DNA of 64,000 nt, taken from a virus (taxonomy: Duplodnaviria; Caudoviricetes). The notes beneath the pieces are model-generated. The model was given only the letters and a program-made list of their open reading frames with translations, was not told the origin of the DNA and searched no databases. The stretch is from IMG/VR virus record IMGVR_UViG_3300012041_000002, positions 12,210-76,209 of that record; one strand, written 5' to 3'. The position numbers and the translations under genes are program-made. Positions 34,347 to 44,900 of this stretch are shown piece after piece. Position 1 is the first letter of the stretch, and every line of letters starts with the position of its first letter.

Positions 34347-35889
34347 ACCTGCCAGGGCACCTGGCGAGTTCAAGTTCGTAATTCCTCTCGACGGTACGTA
34401 TGTTGTTCGTTCAGAGGTAGGAGCCACCGGCGCTGAACGCAGGTGGCTTGTTTTGCGGGGGTGGGCAAGCGACGCAGGTGTAGACAAATGGGACGGGCAG
34501 ATGGCCCCCGAGTGTGTAGTGGGCATGGTGCGTGCCGTAAATGAACGTTCAAATACCGCTACACCGGTGTTTGAGAATGAACGCAAAGCTAATAGCGCTA
34601 CTATCCGAGGCCCGGTTGGGGTGGACATCGACCATTCCAATATATGGAACCACCAGATAGGATACGTGACTAGAGCTGCCGTCCTCAACGAGTCAGACAT
34701 CCCCAAAGAATTACACGGAAAAGTTACTCCTCCCGTTATGGAAGTGGAGTTGGAAGTGGACTTGGGGTATTCCTCCGGGCGTGACATACAACACGCCATA
34801 GACACCGGGCGCAAACTGGGGCTATCCGTGTACGGTGAAATCAAACAAGGCAAGAGGGTTCTGCGTTCCAACCCAGACGGTACCACGAAATCTATTCAAT
34901 ATTTTCAGAATGTCGATTTGCACAAGATTGCGGTAACTACCCAGCCAATCAACAACGCCACCTGGGTGGAAGTTGTGCGGCGCTCAATGTCAGGAGATTA
35001 TTTAGACGATATGGAAACTGAGGAAATTATCGAAGAGGAAGCAGCCGAAGAGGTTGCCGCCCCTCCAGAAGAAACGCCCGTTGCTGATGAGATTGCGGCC
35101 CCGGTTGAGGGCAATTTGCCGGAAGCAGTCGCCAGTGATGAGCCGCCCCTGTTCCTTTCCGAGGACAACCACGAAGCTGTTTCAGCACCTTTGGACGTGG
35201 AGACACCTGAACCTGCACCGGAAGTTGTGCTGGAGCCCGAAACGGTTCCCGATACAGCCGTCCCGGAGCCTGTGGAGGTTACCCTGCCAGAGCCTGTGGA
35301 ACCAGCCGAGGTGGTAGCCCGAGCCGAGTCGGAACCGGAAACGCCAGCCGAAGAGCAGCCCGCAGAAGGGCAGTGGCTTATGCGTGCCGAGTACGACAGC
35401 AACATGAACGAGTTGCGCGAGATACTCAGGCCCATGCCTGATTTCGTCGCCCGAGCCGAAGAAGTATTCGGACTTGTAAATACCCTAAACTCACTGACGC
35501 AGAGCCAGGCCACTCTAATAGAGTCGCAGGCTTCTACTATCAATGAGTTGTCCTCACGTATCGAGGTACTAGAAAATCGTCGCAGTGGCTCCCGCACCCT
35601 TACTGTAAACGGGGCTGTCGGTGAGCTTGTGATGCGTTCTGAGGCCGAGATTGAGGCTATAAGAGTAGCGGAACTTGAGCGTAAAGCAGCCATGATTGAC
35701 GCGGTTGCTCGTGGGGATTATCGAGAGGTTGAGAACAATGTGTTTGGCAGGTTTATGAACCTACCTTCCCCCGCATCCAACCCCTACCCCAACGCAGTTT
35801 CCTCTTCTCTGGAGACAGCTTCTCCCGTAAAAGCTACAGACGCTAGTGCTGAAACCGCCGCTGAACCGGCGGCCACCCCAACCGAATAA
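34339..35889 (+). CDS. prohead protease fused to acidic scaffold
   Basis: LRGWASD..VD..., DIDH, GLSVYG, IAVTTQP.N (HK97-type protease) then a long E/P/A-rich linker and helical tail. Confidence 0.85.
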   Translation: MGKPARAPGEFKFVIPLDGTYVVRSEVGATGAERRWLVLRGWASDAGVDKWDGQMAPECVVGMVRAVNERSNTATPVFENERKANSATIRGPVGVDIDHSNIWNHQIGYVTRAAVLNESDIPKELHGKVTPPVMEVELEVDLGYSSGRDIQHAIDTGRKLGLSVYGEIKQGKRVLRSNPDGTTKSIQYFQNVDLHKIAVTTQPINNATWVEVVRRSMSGDYLDDMETEEIIEEEAAEEVAAPPEETPVADEIAAPVEGNLPEAVASDEPPLFLSEDNHEAVSAPLDVETPEPAPEVVLEPETVPDTAVPEPVEVTLPEPVEPAEVVARAESEPETPAEEQPAEGQWLMRAEYDSNMNELREILRPMPDFVARAEEVFGLVNTLNSLTQSQATLIESQASTINELSSRIEVLENRRSGSRTLTVNGAVGELVMRSEAEIEAIRVAELERKAAMIDAVARGDYREVENNVFGRFMNLPSPASNPYPNAVSSSLETASPVKATDASAETAAEPAATPTE

Positions 35890-35949
35890 ACCCCCGGCCC
35901 GAGAGGGCCATTTTTATTCCCCAAATTTATCCCCTAAACGGAGAACAAA

Positions 35950-37089
35950 GTGACTCTACCCTTGAGTGGTAATTATATTGAGCGCAGGGATGATGAGCCG
36001 TACTTCAATACGGTTGCCCGCGCCATTACCTCTCCCATGACTACTGCCGCGTATGTCGATAGCGCTACTACCGACTACCACCGGCTAGATGTGTCTGAGG
36101 TAATGCTTGTGTGCGCCAATGAGGTTATTCCTCTGGTGCAGACATTTTCCCGCCGCGAAGATGCCGCGGCTACCAAGCACGAATGGTTTGAGCAGTACAT
36201 CCCTGACGATGCCGGCACAGTGTTCCTTGCGGAAACAGCTGACCCGGCTGCGCAGGTTGCTACTGTGCCTACGCGCTTTAGTAACACAATGGCGAAGATG
36301 GGCCGCCTGTTCATCATGTCAGATGAGGCCCAGGTAATCGCACAGGCCCGCGGCCTTCATGCTGTGGGTGTGGACGAGTTTGCTCGCCAGATGTCCATTC
36401 AGACGCGCCAGCTTGTGCGCGATACTGAGAAAGCCCTTATCGAAGCTGTTGAAAGCACCAGTTCCCCTCGCGGTTTCCGCGGCATTCTGGGTGCCTATAA
36501 GCCTTCGGCTGGTGCTACCCTCAACGGCTGGATTGGTGGCGTGGTAACTGCTACCACGCTTGACTTGGGTGGCGACAAGATTGTTGCCAGCGGCGCAACT
36601 TCCGGCCAGCGCAACGTCGAAGATGTGCTGAACCAGTTCATGCTCCAGCTGTACCTGCTCTTCGCAGGCCCCATGCCCAACACCCTCTATGTGCCCCCGC
36701 GTTTCCTGAAAATCATGCAGGACGCCGCTTCGGCCAAGATTCAAATCAACCTGTCTCAGGACGATTTGGCTAGGCAGATAAAGTACAACCTGGGTGGCGC
36801 AACCGGCAAGTTCTACACGAACTTTGGCCTTATGAATGTGGTAGCCCACCCGAGGCTGCTCGGCGCTACCGCCACCCCTGGTTCAGGCGATAACGTGCCT
36901 GCTGCTTCCCGGTTGCTTGCGCTGGAGACTAACTCTTTCAGCATTATCGACTATGTGAACAACGGCGGCTTCCGTGTGGAGCAGCGTGCCAAGACTGGCC
37001 CCACCGACACACGCCTCATCTCCCAGTACCTCACTCTGGAAGTGCGGAACCTGAACAGCCACGGCTGTATCAAGAACTTCTGGTTCTAA
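35950..37089 (+). CDS. major capsid protein (SU10 MCP/DUF5309-like)
   Basis: Position after the protease; KHEWFEQ..., N....., RD.EKALI, R.F.GIL, F.T.FG...VV, YLTLEVRN..HG.I. Confidence 0.88.
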   Translation: MTLPLSGNYIERRDDEPYFNTVARAITSPMTTAAYVDSATTDYHRLDVSEVMLVCANEVIPLVQTFSRREDAAATKHEWFEQYIPDDAGTVFLAETADPAAQVATVPTRFSNTMAKMGRLFIMSDEAQVIAQARGLHAVGVDEFARQMSIQTRQLVRDTEKALIEAVESTSSPRGFRGILGAYKPSAGATLNGWIGGVVTATTLDLGGDKIVASGATSGQRNVEDVLNQFMLQLYLLFAGPMPNTLYVPPRFLKIMQDAASAKIQINLSQDDLARQIKYNLGGATGKFYTNFGLMNVVAHPRLLGATATPGSGDNVPAASRLLALETNSFSIIDYVNNGGFRVEQRAKTGPTDTRLISQYLTLEVRNLNSHGCIKNFWF

Positions 37090-37097
37090 AAATCTTT

Positions 37098-37121
37098 GGG
37101 GGTGGGTGAAAACCCACCCCC
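37098..37121 (+). repeat. GAAA-tetraloop hairpin, copy 1
   Basis: GGGGGTGGGT-GAAA-ACCCACCCCC, no U-tract. Confidence 0.75.
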
Positions 37122-37140
37122 ATTCCCAAATGGAGAAAAC

Positions 37141-37437
37141 ATGAAATTTGTAAAACTTTCCCTCGAAGAGGGTACTTACCCCCTGGCTGATGGTAGTTTT
37201 CTAACAACCTCCGGCAATGGTGTTCTGGTATCCGAGGATTTGGTTGACAGTCTACTGGCCGCGGGAGCTGAACTTGTGGAAGAGATAGAAGTAGAGGATA
37301 CCCTCTCCTATCCCACAGGCCCCACTGCCGGCCCTCTGGCGAAGAAAGCCAAGGAACCTAAGAAGTCCCACAAAGAGGATAAAGAGCCCCCCACTCTGAC
37401 GTCCGATATGTTCATCGATGGAGCCCCACCCGCGTAA
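37141..37437 (+). CDS. hypothetical head-region protein
   Basis: GGAG RBS, ATG 37141. Confidence 0.7.
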   Translation: MKFVKLSLEEGTYPLADGSFLTTSGNGVLVSEDLVDSLLAAGAELVEEIEVEDTLSYPTGPTAGPLAKKAKEPKKSHKEDKEPPTLTSDMFIDGAPPA

Positions 37438-37446
37438 GGAGGCACT

Positions 37447-38028
37447 GTGGCTAACTATTGCTCCCCGCAGGATGTCACGGATATGCAGTCCGGCGCCAAC
37501 ATAGTTGTGAAAGACTGGTGGTTGGATGCTATTGACAGGCTAATGGAGCGCTACACTTCGCAGGGTTACAAGGGTGCTGAACGTATCTTTGAGTATACCG
37601 GTGACAGTAATAACCGTATGCGCCTTCCCTCCATTCCAGACGAAGTTACGGAAGTAACGGAGGATGATGAGGTTCTGGACGATTCGGAGTATTACATTAG
37701 CAACAAGAAGTATCTCTGTCGTAACCAGTCCTTTCTCAGCACCGGAAGGTGGCTGAAAGGTGTGCGTTACAAGGTGACTTACACGGAGCCGGACTTTGAA
37801 GCTGACGCAGAGCTGCTGCCCGATGAGTGGCGCCTGTGCGCTGCTGAGTGTGTTTCGATAGTTGTTTCCTGGGCCAAGAAGCGCAAGCAGTTTGGTTCAG
37901 CCCTCACCGCTACAGAATCCGGCGACGCCGGCAAGGTAGCCTCCAGTACCTCATTCTCTTTCCCCTCATCTGTGGGAGAGGAACTCAAACGCACAATTCA
38001 AAATTTACTGCGCAGAGACTCATTCTAG
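37447..38028 (+). CDS. head-tail adaptor
   Basis: MANYCSPQDV.. start, position after the capsid, .TY..G-type beta region, P.E...AAE. Confidence 0.7.
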   Translation: MANYCSPQDVTDMQSGANIVVKDWWLDAIDRLMERYTSQGYKGAERIFEYTGDSNNRMRLPSIPDEVTEVTEDDEVLDDSEYYISNKKYLCRNQSFLSTGRWLKGVRYKVTYTEPDFEADAELLPDEWRLCAAECVSIVVSWAKKRKQFGSALTATESGDAGKVASSTSFSFPSSVGEELKRTIQNLLRRDSF

Positions 38029-38038
38029 GAGAAGGAAT

Positions 38039-38566
38039 ATGCCGATTATGTCGGGCGTAACGATGAACGCTGTGAAGCTCGCCCTCGCTTTGGAACGTTC
38101 ATTGAAAGCCAATATCCCGGCCCTCGTAGACGAGATAAATGCGTTTGTGGATGCGGATGCGCCTGAACTACAGGACTACCCGCTTATTTACCCTGTGACT
38201 ATCGAACTTGGTATCACCAACCGGCTCATCAAGAAAGGCGCTGACGAACTGCCCGCCATTGCGTGCGGGGTGTATTCTCGTGAGCCCGATGAGGAATACG
38301 AGCAGGGTAACATCTCGACGGTACTCTATCCTTACATGATAGAGGTGTATATAGCAGACGCCAACGACAAAGCCTGTTACATCAGGAGCCTCAAATGGCA
38401 CGCAGTTCTCGACGCCTTTGTAGAGAGATATTGCCAGAACCTTGTGTATGGCTTCCTTACTGCGGAGTCTGCTACAACTGACATAACTTTTGCCCTCGAA
38501 AAATCCTCGGAAGAAATCTTCAAGCAGGTAATTGCTGCGGTAGGCGTATGGAAAGGCCCTGAGTAA
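38039..38566 (+). CDS. head-tail joining / tail terminator-like protein
   Basis: Position; LPAIA..., YMIEVYI beta pattern. Confidence 0.55.
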   Translation: MPIMSGVTMNAVKLALALERSLKANIPALVDEINAFVDADAPELQDYPLIYPVTIELGITNRLIKKGADELPAIACGVYSREPDEEYEQGNISTVLYPYMIEVYIADANDKACYIRSLKWHAVLDAFVERYCQNLVYGFLTAESATTDITFALEKSSEEIFKQVIAAVGVWKGPE

Positions 38567-39555
38567 TGGCCGGAGATTTGGATTTCGGTTTCCGTGTTGG
38601 CAGAGGTACTTTCGATGTACGTTTCACAACTCTGAACGCAAGGCTACGTTCCATGACTCCCGGCTCGATTGACGCCGAGGGGGAGAAGATAGTAGCCGCC
38701 GAGTTTCGCCGATTGCGCAAGTTGGTTGAGGAAACCCTCAAAGCGTATGCCCCGGTTGGCCCTGAACCTATCACTGTGCAGTTTGCCAACGGCACTTCCA
38801 AAACATTCTTCGAAGGCCCGCACCTGCGGGACACTATCGAGGCAAGAGTGGTTAGGAATGTGCTCGAAGCACGTATGGCCTGGTGGGGATTTGTCACCAC
38901 CGAAGGCCGAGGCGCTCTACCCGATAGAGGCCGCGACGAGAATGGCCGACGCAAGACTTACCCGGTTTGGGTACCTGGCCGAGGCTTGGAGTTTCACCCA
39001 ATAGTAGGCCCGGCTACCACACACTCCGACGGTGGATTATCCGCCAGGGAGCGTATGGACTGGCTGAAACGCGCCAACAATGAGTTGTTCAACGGTGGCG
39101 TGGTGGAAGTTACTGCCACAATAATCGCCGAACGTATCGCGGATATGTTGGCCCTGTCAGGTTCTGGGTATGACTCCCTGACGTCCCGAAAGTTAGCCCG
39201 CCCCGCTCAGGGGATGCGTGCAAAGCAGAAGGCGCTCGTCAAGAGACAGAAATCCCAGGCCAGGTATCGTGCAAGACGACGCAGGCTGGGCCCTGGGGCT
39301 ACTACCCCAAGACGTATCAAGGCCGAGGCAACTCGCCGGAAAAAGTTGAGCACAAGGCCCGAGCTGGAAGCAGAGGACGTTAGGGGTGGGGTGTACCGCC
39401 TTACCGCTAAAGCCACACGTAGGGCTCATGGGCTACATCGCCCTGCCCGAAGATATGGCACGTTGCTGCGCCAAATGATGCGAGAAAGACGACAGTATTT
39501 TAGCAGACTTATGGAAGAGCTGCCGGAGCCAAACTATAACGTGTTTGAGGACTAA
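38566..39555 (+). CDS. neck protein (HK97 gp10-like) with basic C-terminal extension
   Basis: LKAYAPV...G.HLRDTI...WGFVTTEGRG; R/K-rich last ~110 aa. Confidence 0.55.
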   Translation: MAGDLDFGFRVGRGTFDVRFTTLNARLRSMTPGSIDAEGEKIVAAEFRRLRKLVEETLKAYAPVGPEPITVQFANGTSKTFFEGPHLRDTIEARVVRNVLEARMAWWGFVTTEGRGALPDRGRDENGRRKTYPVWVPGRGLEFHPIVGPATTHSDGGLSARERMDWLKRANNELFNGGVVEVTATIIAERIADMLALSGSGYDSLTSRKLARPAQGMRAKQKALVKRQKSQARYRARRRRLGPGATTPRRIKAEATRRKKLSTRPELEAEDVRGGVYRLTAKATRRAHGLHRPARRYGTLLRQMMRERRQYFSRLMEELPEPNYNVFED

Positions 39556-39557
39556 AC

Positions 39558-39812
39558 ATGCCAAAAGAAAAAGAATTTCAGGATTTGCCTGAACTCACCC
39601 CCAAACCAGACAGCCCCGCGAAGAGCGAGGCTGCTCCATTTAAGGGCTTTGCCCTCGTCCTCATCGAGGGCGCCAGTGCCAATCTAGTCTTTCCCCTGTC
39701 AGGCGGAGAGTACCTGCTCAAACCGGGGGAGTATCTGCCTCTGCCAGAGGCTGACATTGAGCAACTCGTGTCCCTTTATCCCCAATATTTCGCAAAGGAG
39801 CTATTTAGCTAA
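39558..39812 (+). CDS. hypothetical protein
   Basis: GAGG RBS; fills the gap before the tail tube gene. Confidence 0.65.
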   Translation: MPKEKEFQDLPELTPKPDSPAKSEAAPFKGFALVLIEGASANLVFPLSGGEYLLKPGEYLPLPEADIEQLVSLYPQYFAKELFS

Positions 39813-40792
39813 TGGCAGCAACTCAGGCCCAAATTGATGCCCTCAAGAGGCTAGTCAATCAGGCTGAAATTTATCTGAACGTTCAGAAGCCCGCCACCGG
39901 CACCCCCCTCTATCTGATGAGTGGTGTAAACGCCGGCAAGCCACCCCTGAAAGACAGCGCTACTGAACCGGCCACATGGGTAGGCACAACTTCCGGTGGT
40001 TCGGTTGTGTCGTACAAGCCCGAATACGACGCCATAGAAATCGAGCAGGCAACAGGCAAGGTTGCCCCTCGTATGAAGGGTGAGTCCGTTACCGTTGAGT
40101 TCATGGCCGCGGAAGCGGTGTGGGAGAATATCAAGGCCGGTATCGGTGCTGCACAGCACACCACTGTAGCCCCAGCGGCTGCTATCGCCAACCCCACAAC
40201 CGCCCCCACCGGTTCGGCTGCTTCCGGTACCACCCCATTCGGTACCGGTAATATCACCGTCAAGTACGGTTTCCGCAACGCACGCGGCACAACCACTCTT
40301 TCCAACGCCCTCACTGTGGCTGTTACATCTACCCAGCAAATCAACATAACAGTTGCTGTTTCTCCCCCTGGTGGGTGTTCGGTGGACTGGTATGTTTCTC
40401 CTGCTACAGGGGATTCTGCTGTAGAGTTCTACGCCAACAACGACGGCTCCACGTTCTCTATCGTTGACTTCGGTAGTGGCAACATGGCCCCGGTTGTCAA
40501 CACGACAGCCCTCGTAAGCCAGATTGACTTGCTGACAGTCGGTGGACAGACGTTCATCGAAGAGCAGTGTGTCGCTCTCGTGAGTGAGATTGGCTCGTGG
40601 GATAATGGTGGCCCGGTTATCCTGTACGAAGTAGTGTGTATCTACAATTGTCTCTCCACCAACGGTGTCGAGATAACCTGGAAGCGCACGGATACTCGTA
40701 TGGTGAAAATTACGCTAACAGGCTACGCCGATGTAACCCGTAACGTAAATGACCAGCTTTACCAGCATTATCAGATGTCAGAGCCTGCATAA
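39812..40792 (+). CDS. major tail tube protein with inserted beta-sandwich
   Basis: WVGTTSGGSVVSYKPEY..IEIEQ..., later V.IYNC.S..G.EITW......KITLTG; position before the chaperones and tape measure. Confidence 0.82.
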   Translation: MAATQAQIDALKRLVNQAEIYLNVQKPATGTPLYLMSGVNAGKPPLKDSATEPATWVGTTSGGSVVSYKPEYDAIEIEQATGKVAPRMKGESVTVEFMAAEAVWENIKAGIGAAQHTTVAPAAAIANPTTAPTGSAASGTTPFGTGNITVKYGFRNARGTTTLSNALTVAVTSTQQINITVAVSPPGGCSVDWYVSPATGDSAVEFYANNDGSTFSIVDFGSGNMAPVVNTTALVSQIDLLTVGGQTFIEEQCVALVSEIGSWDNGGPVILYEVVCIYNCLSTNGVEITWKRTDTRMVKITLTGYADVTRNVNDQLYQHYQMSEPA

Positions 40793-40805
40793 TCCTGAAT
40801 AGGAT

Positions 40806-40841
40806 GAGCCCCCTCCAGATAATGGAGGGGGCTCTTTTTTT
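40806..40841 (+). terminator. intrinsic terminator after the tail tube gene
   Basis: GAGCCCCCTCCA-GATAA-TGGAGGGGGCTC + T7. Confidence 0.9.
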
Positions 40842-40909
40842 ATTGCAAATATCCTCCGTTTGTATTACGAGGGGGCGACACTCTCGCCCATGCAAAATAT
40901 CAAAGGAGT

Positions 40910-41569
40910 ATGAATTTGGCTAACTATGATGATATGAGCCTGCGCGAGCGTCGTGATATTGACGACAGAATCGAGCTAGGCCACGGAGAGCTTGTGACTA
41001 TCAAGTACCCCGTCATGCGTGACGAGGAATTTGAAGTCGAGGAGAAGATTGAGGTTCCTAACCCCGATGGTGGGGAGCCGAAGTACGAAACCGTCAAGCG
41101 TATTGAGAAGCGTCGCGTGAAGGTAGAAGTTACCGAGCGCCACTATGTAGGCAAGATGGGCGCCGGGGAGACAGGCGCCATTCTTGGTATCCTGGGCGCT
41201 GTGTTCGTGAACGGCTCCACAGCCAAGCAGGACGCAGCCCGCAAGGATAACATGGTTTTCCTGGAGTTCCTCGACGAGTACCACATCAACCTGCTACTGT
41301 CCCTTATCCTCAAGGTGGAGCAGGACTGGGTGCGCAAGCATTTCGACTTAGATGGCTGGGTAATCGACGTGGTTACTGCCTTTTTCAGGTACAACAATTT
41401 TTTCAAACTTCTCACCCGGGTGATGGAAACGGCGACAAAGATGGGGTTGACGGAACAAGCCGTTCAAAATATCGCCTTGGGCGAGAGTCAGAATTCACAG
41501 AACTTGGAGCCTTCCGACTCTACATCGGAGACTGCATCCACATTATTCGTGCTGCCTACACAGGCATAA
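40910..41569 (+). CDS. tail assembly chaperone (G-like)
   Basis: Between the tail tube and tape measure genes; AAGGAG RBS. Confidence 0.75.
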   Translation: MNLANYDDMSLRERRDIDDRIELGHGELVTIKYPVMRDEEFEVEEKIEVPNPDGGEPKYETVKRIEKRRVKVEVTERHYVGKMGAGETGAILGILGAVFVNGSTAKQDAARKDNMVFLEFLDEYHINLLLSLILKVEQDWVRKHFDLDGWVIDVVTAFFRYNNFFKLLTRVMETATKMGLTEQAVQNIALGESQNSQNLEPSDSTSETASTLFVLPTQA

Positions 41570-41922
41570 CCGAGGACGAAATTCTTTGGGAGCATGATTG
41601 GTACTGGGTGTACGAAACCATCAACCGTATAGATTACGATAAACGAGAACAGCGTAAGTGGGACTTGCAATCCAGACTGGCGGTTGGGCGACTAACCTCG
41701 TTTGGTGCTGATGAGGGAGCTGGAGAGTTTTTCCAAAACCTGTGGAGTAGTTTGGAGACTGAGAACGAAGAATCTGCTGCCATAGATGCCGAGATGAAGG
41801 CAAGAGAGAAGGAGTTGGAGAAACGCAACGCCGAACTTATTGCCAAGTTTCGTGCCAAAGAGCAGGCAGGAACTGCTTCCACACCCGGGGGTGGGACTAT
41901 TATCATGCTGGATGGTAAGTAA
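41251..41922 (+). CDS. tail assembly chaperone T-like frame, probably reached by -1 frameshift
   Basis: The -1 frame is open from 41251 to 41922 (...YIGDCIHIIRAAYTGITEDEILWEHDWYW...); coordinates give the open frame, not a start codon. Confidence 0.65.
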   Translation, partial: HGFPGVPRRVPHQPATVPYPQGGAGLGAQAFRLRWLGNRRGYCLFQVQQFFQTSHPGDGNGDKDGVDGTSRSKYRLGRESEFTELGAFRLYIGDCIHIIRAAYTGITEDEILWEHDWYWVYETINRIDYDKREQRKWDLQSRLAVGRLTSFGADEGAGEFFQNLWSSLETENEESAAIDAEMKAREKELEKRNAELIAKFRAKEQAGTASTPGGGTIIMLDGK

Positions 41923-41929
41923 AGTTGTT

Positions 41930-41963
41930 AGTCCCCTAACCAATACGGTTAGGGGGCTTTTTT
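41930..41963 (+). terminator. intrinsic terminator before the tape measure gene
   Basis: AGTCCCCTAACC-AATAC-GGTTAGGGGGCT + T run. Confidence 0.8.
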
Positions 41964-41997
41964 ATTTAGGGGTAGACACACCAAAAGAGAGTGAAAC

Positions 41998-44900
41998 ATG
42001 GCAGATAGAACCGTCAAGGCAGTGGTTCGAGTAACCGGTGACTCCAAGCAGGCTACAGATGCTATCCAGAAAACTGTCAAGGCTATGCAGGATGCCGGGG
42101 CTGCCTCCGTAAAGGTTACCAACACCGTAGCTCAGAGGGCTGTCAAAGCCAATTCTGATATGGACGCCAGCCAGAAGAAGCTGGCCGGGGCCATAACCAA
42201 CACCACCTCCATAACCTCCAAGTGGGTGAAGGCCAACGCAGACAGTAAAGGCGTTATGGCCGGTGTAACCGCTCAGGTGAGGGCAGCCGGACAGTCCTAC
42301 AGGGAGTTTGGTACCCACGCCCAGAATTCTCTCACACAGTTGGGTGGGGCCGGACGTTCCCTCGGACAGGCTATTGCTACAATTGTTAGGGAAGCCAGAA
42401 CCATCGCCCCTATTTTCACCTCAACCGCCCGCAGCGGGGTGGGGCTTCGCCAGCAACTTCGCTCTCTTGGTGGTGATTTACGTAATGTTGGGCTCATCAT
42501 GCGCACCAGTCTGGCCGCGGGTGGTGGGCAGGTTAGGCAGGTGTTCGTCAACCTTGGAGGAGCCTTCCATGCGTTCCTCAAATCCATCCCTCTGGCTATT
42601 CGTGGCACGGTGGCCCTGGCCCAGGCTATGGGTAAGGTGGCCTCTGCCTCTCTGGGTGTAGTTGCCGGAGTAGGTAAGGCAGGGGCGGCTGTACACGCGG
42701 CTGCTGCACGCTTCATGGGCTTTGGGAAAAGCACCGGGGGCAGTTTTGCTACCGTTGGTACTCACATGGCCGGGCTCGCGGTGCGCCTGCAAGGTATGCA
42801 GACAGGGTTGTACGCTGTAGGCGGTGCAATGACGGTGCTCGCCAACAAAGCAAAAGAAGCGTTCGCAGACATACTGAACGTTGCCGGAGAGTTTGAGCAG
42901 AAAATGGTAACTCTCGGGGCTGTGCTTGGCAAGAGCGTCAGTGAAGGTACCAAGGCGGAACTACAAAAGTTCGCCATTCAGTTGGGGCAGTTCACCCCGA
43001 TTTCCTCGAACGAAGCAGCAACCGTACTCAACACCCTAATCCGTGGTGGCAAGACAGTCACCGAGGTTATGAACGGAGCTGCATACGCAACCATCGCTCT
43101 GGCTAAGGCCAACGAGATGGAGTTGCTCCCCGCTGCTCAGGCAGTAATCCAGGCCACTAATGTGTTTTCCGCACAAAATTTGGGTGCGGTAGATGCAGTC
43201 AACACCATGACTAAGGTGGCAAACGCCTCGTCCGTTGAAGTGAAGGACTTGGCCGATACCATGAAGAATGCCGGTTCCGCGGCTGCTGTGATGCAGGTGG
43301 ACTTCAAAGAGTTCATGCTACTGGCCGGAACACTAGGCGATATGGGTATCAAGGGTGGCGAGGCCGGTACGGCCATGCGCTACTTCTTCCTGAACCTCAT
43401 ACCCACTACGCAGAAGTCTATACGGCTCATGCGCGAGTACGGGTTGCTGGTGATTGACAACGCCAAGGCCACTACTCTACTGGGTGAGGCCGGTATCCAG
43501 TACACCAAAACCGAAGAGGGAATGCTCGAAGGTTTGTGGAAGATGGTGGGTGGCGTCAAGCAGCTTGGTAAGAGCTATGCCGAGTCGGTGTCTGATGGAG
43601 AGCCTGCTGTCAAGAAGTTTCAACAGTACCTCGTCCATCAGGGCATTGTCACTTCCAAATTTGTAGACACCCAGACAGGTAAGCTAAAAGCCTCCAGGGA
43701 AATTCTAAAAGAGCTATTTGAATCGTTTGGCAAGCTGACTCCTGTGCAAGCCGCCGATAAGATGGGCGAGATATTTGGTGTGCGTGGAGGTTTCAAATCC
43801 GCCGCACCACTCTTCATGGCGTATCAGGAGAACAGGAAAAAGATTGAGCTTGAGATTGAGAAAATCAACGAGCTCGAGCGCAAGAGATATATTACCAAAG
43901 AGCAGGCCAACGCACAGATAGCTGCCCTCGAAAAGGAATCCGGGAACCTCATCGACAAGCTGATGGGGGAGATGGAGAACTATGGTAATGCAGTGGACAT
44001 CATGCAGGAGCGCCAGAACACCTGGGTAGGCTCCAATGAGTATCTGCAATCGTCCCTCGAGGCACTCAAAGTGGTACTGGGCACACCTCTGCTCGACACT
44101 TTCTCCCCCATTATTCGTGGTATTGGCGACATAATCAACCAGCTTACCACCCTGGCCGAGGCCAACCCTGAGATAGTCAAGACACTCGGCCTTATCAGCA
44201 TGGGCGCTGCCGCCTTCGCCGGACTTGCCGGCCCAATCATGGTGCTTTCGGCTGCATGGCCGTACCTGATGATGGGCCTGTCCTCGATGGCCGCGGGCAT
44301 CTTTCCGGTGATAGGGTTACTCACCCTGCTTGCCGGGGCTGTTACAGCCGTTCTGGTAGCGGTGGCTGACCCGTCACTGGGTATCCTACCTGCTATCCAA
44401 CAGGCGTCGGCTGCTTTAGGGGAGATGCTGCCGGCAGCTATAGCCATAGCCACACAGTTCTTCAACGAGATACTGCTGCCCATTGGCTACGCGATTGCCC
44501 TGTTCTTCCGAGACATCCTTCTCCCTGCCATCGTGGCTTTCGCCGGGTGGATGATAGACAACCTTCCGGCTGCCATCAGCGCAGCGTCAGATGTTCTGAC
44601 GAACGTGCTGATACCTGCCCTCGCTATGCTGTTCACCTGGCTGGCCGGATTTATCCCACAGGCTTTGAATATTATGGCAAGCCTGTGGAGCAACTTGATA
44701 GTGCCCATTCTGGGTTTCTTCGCCAACCTGATTGCTACGGTGGTAATACCGGCCCTGATGCAGCTTGGCAGTTGGCTTGGGCAGTTCCTGCCTGTAGCCA
44801 TAGGAATCCTGGCCGACATCTGGAACGGTGTACTCGCACCGATAATCACCTTTCTGGCAGACGTTATCTTCAACCTGCTGCTCCCGGCCTTTATGGCCGT

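Noticed and set aside
35050-35370. E/P/A/V-rich pseudo-repeats in the scaffold
   Set aside because: Low-complexity linker typical of protease-scaffold fusions; no exact tandem DNA repeat
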